Origin: an uncultured bacterium
Lineage (GTDB): Bacteria > Hydrothermota > UBA3073 > NMUJ01
Reading direction: 5' to 3'
DNA: 19,324 nucleotides
NCBI GenBank assembly: GCA_965612795.1
Contig: CBFDTI010000020.1
Coordinates: forward strand, 1-19,324
The position numbers were made by a program, and so were the translations under genes. The first letter of the stretch is position 1. Each line of letters begins with the position of its first letter. The notes under the pieces were generated by a model. It did no database searches and was not told the origin of the DNA. It saw nothing but the letters and a program-made list of their open reading frames with translations. Of the stretch, positions 8,274 to 14,181 are shown in pieces.

Positions 8274-9605
8274 TCAACTGTCAATATTGTCATGGGTAGG
8301 TTCAACGAGGTCGGACCAAAACTTTCGGATACCGTTTGCTATGATGGAGGCGATTCGACGTTGATATGATGTGTCTTCTACTTTGCTGTAGGGGTGCCAT
8401 ACACCTGGCACTATATATGCACGAGGGCCAAACATCTGTATTATCGGGTATTTTGAGCATTCGTGTAACCCAAGATCCTTCATGTTAAGTTCCGTAACAA
8501 GAGAATCTTTCAACAACTTTGCAAGCTGTTTACCATCTTCGTTGAGATAATAGTAGAAACCTGCGACACCATCCTCAACGAGTGTGGGCTCGAAATGCGA
8601 TACCATCACCACAATATTGGGTGAGCTACGAAATATCTTATCCACTCTATACGTGTCAGTTTGGGTATCGAGCATCGAACTCCACGTGAGTTCAGCTGCC
8701 ACCCCCTTTATTCTCAAACATCCCTTTATATATCTCGCTAATCGTAGGTTTAGCGGGTCAGCTGGTAACGGATCGATCATAACCTTTGGATAGCATGGCT
8801 TTATGTCTAAAGGGTAAGGTTTACCTGCTGGTACATCACAGGATTTGACCTCTATGTTACCACCCTTTGTACGTACTTTTACTGTGAGGTTGGATCTGCG
8901 TTGTGGGTATGGTACCAGTATTCTTCCGTTACAATATCTATAGCCGTAAGGTTTGCCGTCTATGAATACTTCAATTGTGACGGGATCGATGTTGTCACCT
9001 GTCACTTCTATATACCTAGCCTGTGGTGTTATCTGAAGGTTGGCCTTACCAGCTACAAGATAGTTGATGATCGCCTCGGCATATGCGGAAGCTTCACGCT
9101 CAAGGTATTCTTTACGTCTGAGCTTATGCTCGTTTTCTGGGTTGGATATATACGAGGCTTCACCCAACACGGCAGGTTCGACGTTTTCGCGCATCACCCT
9201 ATAGGTAGATGGTAGTGGAGGTAACGTTTCCAACCCTATATGCCTACGGAATGCGAGGTATAGATGAGTGGCCAGATCCTCAGAGGGGGTTTCACCTTCC
9301 CATGGGTAGTATATTTCGGTACGGTTGATTGCGGGGTTCCTTTCTGCGTTGGCATTGTGATGTATTGATACGAAAATATCTGCATTAACCTGTTTGGCGA
9401 TCGCTACACGGCGGTCGAGTGGCACATCGTAATCGCCATCACGTGTGAGGATTACTTTAATACCTCGGGATTCGAGTTTCGACTTCACCAGCAATGCCAC
9501 ATGAAGGTTGACGGATTTCTCTTCGAGCCCGGTCGGGCCTACAGCTCCTTTGGATGCACCACCATGACCAGGATCCAAGACCACAGTTTTACCTTCTATG
9601 CTCAT
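8274..9605 (-). CDS. N-acetylmuramoyl-L-alanine amidase (Amidase_3) with a degenerate second amidase-like domain
   Basis: VVLDPGHGG, EKSVNL, LTRDGD, FVSIHHNA, AVLGEASYISN give all Zn and catalytic residues in the N-domain. Start overlaps the folD end by 17 bp. Confidence 0.9.
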   Translation of the reverse strand: MSIEGKTVVLDPGHGGASKGAVGPTGLEEKSVNLHVALLVKSKLESRGIKVILTRDGDYDVPLDRRVAIAKQVNADIFVSIHHNANAERNPAINRTEIYYPWEGETPSEDLATHLYLAFRRHIGLETLPPLPSTYRVMRENVEPAVLGEASYISNPENEHKLRRKEYLEREASAYAEAIINYLVAGKANLQITPQARYIEVTGDNIDPVTIEVFIDGKPYGYRYCNGRILVPYPQRRSNLTVKVRTKGGNIEVKSCDVPAGKPYPLDIKPCYPKVMIDPLPADPLNLRLARYIKGCLRIKGVAAELTWSSMLDTQTDTYRVDKIFRSSPNIVVMVSHFEPTLVEDGVAGFYYYLNEDGKQLAKLLKDSLVTELNMKDLGLHECSKYPIIQMFGPRAYIVPGVWHPYSKVEDTSYQRRIASIIANGIRKFWSDLVEPTHDNIDS

Positions 9606-10428
9606 AGGATTTTACTAGGTTATACATAAGGTAGTGGGTGGTAACTTTACCTACACCACCAGGTACTGGTGTTATGTAGCTTGCGAGCGGGCGCACTTCG
9701 TCAAACTTTACATCACCAACCAGCTTACCAGCGACTACGTTGATACCGACATCGATAACTATCGTGCCACGCTTTACGTGCTCTTTACCGATAAGGTGTG
9801 GTTTACCAACAGCTACTATGAGTATATCGGCTTCACGGGTAATATCGGTGAGTTGCTCCGTTTTTGAGTGACACACAGTTACGGTGGCATCTATCCCCTT
9901 TTGTAGTAATAACATTGCCAGTGGCTTACCAACGACGAGGCTCCTACCTATGATAACGGCACGTTTACCGGTGAGCGGTACCCCTATGAACTGCAGTATC
10001 TCCCATACACTACCTACGGTGGAGGGTAAAACCCGTGGCCGCCCCTCCATCAACAAGCCCAGATTGTATGGGTGCATACAATCTACATCCTTAGTTGGTG
10101 ATATGGTTTCAACAAGTACAGTGCGGTCGATTCCCTTTGGTAGCGGTTCACCTATAAGTATGCCACCTATATCGTTGTCGTTGTTGAGCTGCTCGATTGC
10201 GTGCTTCACGGTTTCGGTATCAGTAACATCCCAGGTTAGCTCGATAACCTCTATCCCATACTTTTGGGCTACCTTTTTGATACTTCTGAAGTATGAACGT
10301 ATGCCAGGGTCGTCACCTACCATAAGGGTTGCGAGTTTGGGTGTAAAATTGAGCCCCTCCATACGTTGTGTGATACGTGGTATAAGTTGTTTTACCACCT
10401 GGTCACCGGTCACCACTGTAGTGTTCAT
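9589..10428 (-). CDS. folD: Methylenetetrahydrofolate dehydrogenase (FolD family)
   Basis: KLATLMVGDDP, PLPKGID, KDVD, IIGRSLVVGKPLAMLL, ATVTVCHSKT, VIDVGIN, LVGDV, ITPVPGGVG. ATGA overlap with the upstream helicase at 10425-10428. Confidence 0.95.
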   Translation of the reverse strand: MNTTVVTGDQVVKQLIPRITQRMEGLNFTPKLATLMVGDDPGIRSYFRSIKKVAQKYGIEVIELTWDVTDTETVKHAIEQLNNDNDIGGILIGEPLPKGIDRTVLVETISPTKDVDCMHPYNLGLLMEGRPRVLPSTVGSVWEILQFIGVPLTGKRAVIIGRSLVVGKPLAMLLLQKGIDATVTVCHSKTEQLTDITREADILIVAVGKPHLIGKEHVKRGTIVIDVGINVVAGKLVGDVKFDEVRPLASYITPVPGGVGKVTTHYLMYNLVKSYEHRR

Positions 10429-13304
10429 CCCCTGTATTTACAATACCTTCGGTAAGGACAATGATCACACGCCATATATTGTGGGGTAGGGTCGAACTCA
10501 CCCTTACGTATTTTATCCCATACCTCTTTGATAACCTCAACAGCTTTGGTTTTGCTATCCTCGATCTTTTTTAAACTCGCTTCCACCCCGGTATCGACGA
10601 ACTTCAACATCACCTTATTTGGTAGCACGCCAAACCTTTCGTAAAATGCAAGCACATATATGGGTAATTGCCAGTTTTCGCGTAACTTGCGTTTGGCGGT
10701 CTCCTCATCCCTTACATCACCTGTTTTGTAATCGATGATCACACCACCATCATTGTGCCAATCGATACGATCCCACCTACCGTTTATCAGGATACCCTCG
10801 ACAGTTACACGAAAGTCTTCTTCAATAAATACCGGTGGGGGTGCATCCTTCTCCTCTTCCATGAATCGCAACAGTACCGACTTACCGTGCTCAAACCGCA
10901 TACGCTCATGTTCGGGGCTGTGAAAGTATCCCTTACGTGCACGCCAGACGGATTCAAATACGTTGAACACATCCTCTAACTCCGGTATTATACGTTTCTT
11001 TTTGAACCTTAGGTAGTAAGCTATAGCTTCGTGTATGGCTTCACCATAGACAAGGTTGTGATCGGGTTCAGGTGGTAACTTCAAAACATACCTGAAGTAG
11101 TAACGACGTGGACATAATTTATAATCCCCTATCTGGGCTGCGGATAGGAATTTGGGTAGCTTCACCTGTATGAGCGGTACCCCTGATAGCGGTTCGTAAT
11201 GGCTGACTATGTCTTCATCTGCGGTGTAAGAGGCTTCTAATACATCTGGGGGGAGGTCGAGCGCCTCCATAACGAAGGGGCTCACCTTCTTTTGGCGTCT
11301 CCTATCTTTATATTTGCGGGGCCATGTCATTATTAACTTATCCATAGCGCGTGTCATACCGACATAAAATAGGCGACGCTCCTCTTCGAGTTCGTCACTC
11401 ACGATGATCTCCTCTTTTAACAGTGCATCGGGTACCTCTGCGAAACGGCGCCTCTTACGACCGGGGAAGACTTCATCCACAAGTGCGGGCATTATCACTA
11501 CCTTGAATTCGAGACCTTTCGCTTTGTGTAAAGTGAGTATGTTTACAGCATCTTCTTCGAAGTCGGGTTCAGGTAATGGTGGGTTCTCACCCATATCACG
11601 GAGTTTATCGATCCTATCCACCAGATAAAATGCACGTGTGTCACCTGTGTCACGGCCCATGCTTTCGAGTAGCTTCAGGAACGCCATGATGTTGTTCATG
11701 CTTTGTATCATTTGAGGTGTAGGGTTGCGTTCGACACGCTCAAACCAGCCACTCGATTTGAGAAATTGATAGATCGCAAACGGAGCTGGCTCCTTAACAG
11801 CGAGGTCAAGGAATAGCTTAATATCGTTGTGTATTTTCTTGATGATGGATTTGGTGGCTGTGTTTAAGGGTTCGAGGTTATCGATATCATTTAGTGCATC
11901 AAGTTTGGATTCACCTTCGTAGCTGTTTAGGTGAGCCATAACGGTGGCGATTTCGGTACCTGATATGTTGTCACTTAGCTCGTATATTGGTGATGTCAGT
12001 ATCGCGTAGATAGCACCTACATCAGCTGGTGAGTGTGTTAGCCGCATCAGGTTGATAAGGGTTTTGATTTCAGGTTGATCGAACAGCCCCTCACTACCTG
12101 TGAAGTGATACAGTATACCGCGGTTGTTGAGCACGTTTATGATATCTTCGGCGGATTCGTTCCTACGTACGAGTATGGCTATATCCTTGTAGTTGTAAGT
12201 GCCGGAGTTGACCAGCTGCTGTATGAGCTCAACTATGTACTCAGCTTCTGCACTTGAGGTTGGGAAAAAGTGATACTCTATGCTGTTGGGAAGGTCGTCA
12301 CGTATGCTGTTGATATGTTTATCGATGTCGGGGTAGATGGATTCGAGTCGCTTCTGGTTGTTGCGTATCAATCTACACGCAGCATCTAATATGGTAGGGG
12401 TGGAGCGATAGTTTTGACGTAATACAACCTTTTTAGCATCGGGAAACTCTTTGCTGAAAGTAAGTATGTTGCTGATAGCGGCACCCCTGAACTTATATAT
12501 GCTTTGGTCGTCATCACCTACAACCATGATGTTGCGATGACCTGCTACTATTAATTTAAGTAGCTGCCACTGTGCGAAATTGGTATCCTGAAATTCATCA
12601 ACAAGCACAAACCTGTAGCGGGATTGGAACTCTCTAAGCACATCCGGGTATTGGCGGAACAGTTTTAACGGCAGTGATATAAGGTGCTGTATATCCACAT
12701 AGCTGTGTTGAAGTAATAAGGTTTCGTATTTTTCGTAGAAATGTGCGAGCTCAAGGTGTTTTTCGCGTTCGGGGTCGTCGGGTGGTAGGTTTTCTGCGTA
12801 GGTGAGGTACTCCTCTGGGGTGATATCTTCGTCCTTCAACCGCGATATATAATCTATAAGGTCACGTAAGTAGTGGGTGGGCCGGCTCAATGGTCTGAAC
12901 CTTTGAAGTGGTAGCTCGAACAGGTGGTCGCTCAAAAATAGTGCAACCTCATATTCGTTCAATACCCTGAAATTGGGGTCTATGCCCAGCTCCCATGCAT
13001 AATCACGGAGGATGAGCTCGCCAAATGAATGGAAGGTCGAAATTGTTGTCTCTACATAGCCGTATGGGACAAGCTGATCGACACGGGTGGTCATCTCCTC
13101 AGCTGCTTTGTCTGTGAATGTGGTTGCCAGTATTTCACGTGGATGTGCGGTACCTGTGTTTATGAGGTATGCAATCCTGTATGTGATGACACGTGTTTTA
13201 CCGGTACCGGCACCAGCGATCACGATTATGGGGCCCTCCGTATGGGTGACGGCTACACGTTGGTCGGGGTTGAGTTCATTAAGTAGCTGGGTTACGTTTT
13301 GCAT
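10425..13304 (-). CDS. UvrD/PcrA-family SF1 helicase fused to a C-terminal PD-(D/E)XK (RecB/AddB-type) nuclease; AdnA/AdnB-like
   Basis: LNPDQ, AGAGTGKT, TFTDKAAEEM, STFHSF, VDEFQDTN, VGDDDQSIYKFRGA, NYRST, LTLHKAKGLEF, EERRLFYVGMTRA; then LSAAQIGDYKLCPRRY, GRWDRID, IIDYKTG, QLPIY, CDHCPYRRYC (four Cys). Confidence 0.93.
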   Translation of the reverse strand: MQNVTQLLNELNPDQRVAVTHTEGPIIVIAGAGTGKTRVITYRIAYLINTGTAHPREILATTFTDKAAEEMTTRVDQLVPYGYVETTISTFHSFGELILRDYAWELGIDPNFRVLNEYEVALFLSDHLFELPLQRFRPLSRPTHYLRDLIDYISRLKDEDITPEEYLTYAENLPPDDPEREKHLELAHFYEKYETLLLQHSYVDIQHLISLPLKLFRQYPDVLREFQSRYRFVLVDEFQDTNFAQWQLLKLIVAGHRNIMVVGDDDQSIYKFRGAAISNILTFSKEFPDAKKVVLRQNYRSTPTILDAACRLIRNNQKRLESIYPDIDKHINSIRDDLPNSIEYHFFPTSSAEAEYIVELIQQLVNSGTYNYKDIAILVRRNESAEDIINVLNNRGILYHFTGSEGLFDQPEIKTLINLMRLTHSPADVGAIYAILTSPIYELSDNISGTEIATVMAHLNSYEGESKLDALNDIDNLEPLNTATKSIIKKIHNDIKLFLDLAVKEPAPFAIYQFLKSSGWFERVERNPTPQMIQSMNNIMAFLKLLESMGRDTGDTRAFYLVDRIDKLRDMGENPPLPEPDFEEDAVNILTLHKAKGLEFKVVIMPALVDEVFPGRKRRRFAEVPDALLKEEIIVSDELEEERRLFYVGMTRAMDKLIMTWPRKYKDRRRQKKVSPFVMEALDLPPDVLEASYTADEDIVSHYEPLSGVPLIQVKLPKFLSAAQIGDYKLCPRRYYFRYVLKLPPEPDHNLVYGEAIHEAIAYYLRFKKKRIIPELEDVFNVFESVWRARKGYFHSPEHERMRFEHGKSVLLRFMEEEKDAPPPVFIEEDFRVTVEGILINGRWDRIDWHNDGGVIIDYKTGDVRDEETAKRKLRENWQLPIYVLAFYERFGVLPNKVMLKFVDTGVEASLKKIEDSKTKAVEVIKEVWDKIRKGEFDPTPQYMACDHCPYRRYCKYRG

Positions 13305-13337
13305 TTTTCAATCTGCATTTTGCATCCTGCATTGAGC
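13292..13337 (-). repeat. Heptamer-periodic repeat arm C (direct copy of 13766-13811); contains the helicase-nuclease start codon
   Basis: ttacgttttgcatttttcaatctgcattttgcatcctgcattgagc; 42/46 identical to 13766-13811 by manual alignment. Confidence 0.9.
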
Positions 13338-13383
13338 GAAAGCGTCTATATGGTGCTGTGGCGTTCCTTCGTGAATACAACAT

Positions 13384-13418
13384 TGCAAAATGAAGATTGC
13401 AAAGTGCAAATTGCAAAA
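13384..13418 (+). repeat. Heptamer tandem repeat arm B, inverted relative to arms A and C, abutting the four-helix-bundle stop codon
   Basis: tgcaaaa-tgaagat-tgcaaag-tgcaaat-tgcaaaa (5 x 7 bp). Positions 13384-13416 match the reverse complement of each of the other two arms at 27/33. Confidence 0.9.
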
Positions 13419-13778
13419 TCATTTTCCCCCTCCTTTCGCAGTGATAACGGATTTTGCAACAATTTTGATCAATTCGTTAGCTTCAGCCAATAACGGTTGT
13501 AACTCCTTGCTAGAAATTAAGTCGCTTCTCTCCACCAACTTCAGCCAATATAAAGACTCTCGTAATTCCTTCAAGACGAGTTGCATCTTATGTATAAAAT
13601 CGGCTTTACTTTCTGCTCCACATGCTTCTTCATAATTTGCTCCAGAAGACGAAGCAGCTCGCATTAGCTGATTTGCTATGTACCGTCCCACAGCGGTTCT
13701 TTTAAGTCTAACTGTCAATTTAATGCTACTTACTGCGAACTCTAATAGCCGTTCTGATAAATCGCTTACATTTTGCAT
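13419..13778 (-). CDS. Four-helix-bundle protein (23S rRNA intervening-sequence protein / bAvd-like family)
   Basis: DLSERLLEFAVSSIKL...IANQLMRAASSSGANYEEA...ESKADFIHKMQLVLKELRESLYWLKLV...LLAEANELIKIVAKSVITAK matches the family pattern QLxRxxxSxGANYxEA..S..DFxxK..IxxKExxExxYWL. Confidence 0.92.
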   Translation of the reverse strand: MQNVSDLSERLLEFAVSSIKLTVRLKRTAVGRYIANQLMRAASSSGANYEEACGAESKADFIHKMQLVLKELRESLYWLKLVERSDLISSKELQPLLAEANELIKIVAKSVITAKGGGK

Positions 13779-13811
13779 TTCTCAATCTGCATTTTGCATT
13801 CTACATTGAGC
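13766..13811 (-). repeat. Heptamer-periodic repeat arm A; contains the four-helix-bundle start codon
   Basis: ttacattttgcatttctcaatctgcattttgcattctacattgagc; direct repeat of 13292-13337, 474 bp away. Confidence 0.9.
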
Positions 13812-13823
13812 CATTGCGCTTAA

Positions 13824-13985
13824 CTATCGGATGATGGCTAATTTGCTAAATTTTTCCTTACCGTCGGGTGTCACTATCTGGTAGATGTAGAGGCTGGTGA
13901 TTTTACCGGTGATACCAGCATAGAGTGATACGATCACCAAAAGAGATAAGAGGGTTAATACGAGAGGTCGTATTTTGCTTACCAT
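13824..13985 (-). pseudogene. 53-aa chimeric mini-ORF, probable in-frame deletion remnant (signal peptide and TonB-dependent-receptor-like N-terminus fused to a CTD-like C-terminus)
   Basis: MVSKIRPLVLTLLSLLVIVSLYA-GITGKIT|SLYIYQIVTPDGKEKFSKLAIIR*. The tail aligns by eye with GIYIYSVENLDTGDVQVGKFVVIK* at the end of the 4643-6454 protein. Upstream TTGTCT(14024-14019)-16bp-TAATAT(14002-13997). Confidence 0.6.
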
Positions 13986-14058
13986 TCTGATATTTAATAT
14001 TAACGTGTTTGGGGGGATAGACAACCTCCAAATAAGGTAGATCGATTACATTGGGTGC

Positions 14059-14087
14059 TTGACTTGGTATCGTCACTCTTATATATT
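14059..14087 (+). promoter_or_regulatory. Sigma70-like promoter of tRNA-Met/tyrS
   Basis: TTGACT 14059-14064, 17 bp, TATATT 14082-14087 (or TATATA at 15 bp), ending 7 bp before the tRNA 5' end. Confidence 0.65.
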
Positions 14088-14094
14088 TAATAAC

Positions 14095-14167
14095 GGCGGC
14101 GTAGCTCAGTTGGTAGAGCAGCGGAATCATAATCCGCGTGTCGGGGGTTCGAGGCCCTCCGCCGCCA
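14095..14167 (+). tRNA. tRNA-Met(CAT), elongator type; CCA not encoded
   Basis: Cloverleaf: acceptor GGCGGCG/CGCCGCC, D arm GCTC/GAGC, anticodon stem GCGGA/TCCGC with CAT at 14128-14130, T arm GGGGG-TTCGAGG-CCCTC, discriminator A. Paired G1-C72 and absence of the GGG/CCC anticodon stem exclude an initiator. Ile2 cannot be fully excluded. Confidence 0.93.
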
Positions 14168-14181
14168 TTCCCATGAATTGT

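Noticed and set aside
13299..13635. Plus-strand ORFs 13299-13493 and 13390-13635, and a 47-aa minus-strand ORF starting at the four-helix-bundle stop (MILQFALCNLHFAM...)
   Set aside because: Translations of the heptamer repeats or antisense shadows; no RBS and no recognisable motifs.
13384..13798. DNA inversion switch using the inverted arms
   Set aside because: Arms are only 27/33 identical, low-complexity, and no recombinase is nearby. RNA pairing is the simpler reading, though reads in both orientations would revive this.
13292..13811. CRISPR array or DGR (because of the repeats and a bAvd-like gene)
   Set aside because: Only three degenerate arms, one inverted, with no regular spacers or cas genes. 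No reverse transcriptase and no long TR/VR pair in the window.
2501..13811. RtcB re-ligating the mRNA after excision of the four-helix-bundle stem-loop (splicing system)
   Set aside because: The genes are about 9.5 kb apart in unrelated operons. RNase III-type excision leaves 5'-P/3'-OH ends, which RtcB does not join. No bulge-helix-bulge motif was recognised.
14059..14172. N-terminal extension of tyrS from TTG 14059, and the antisense 102-aa ORF 13903-14211
   Set aside because: These read through the promoter and tRNA gene; TyrRS-like sequence begins only after 14173.
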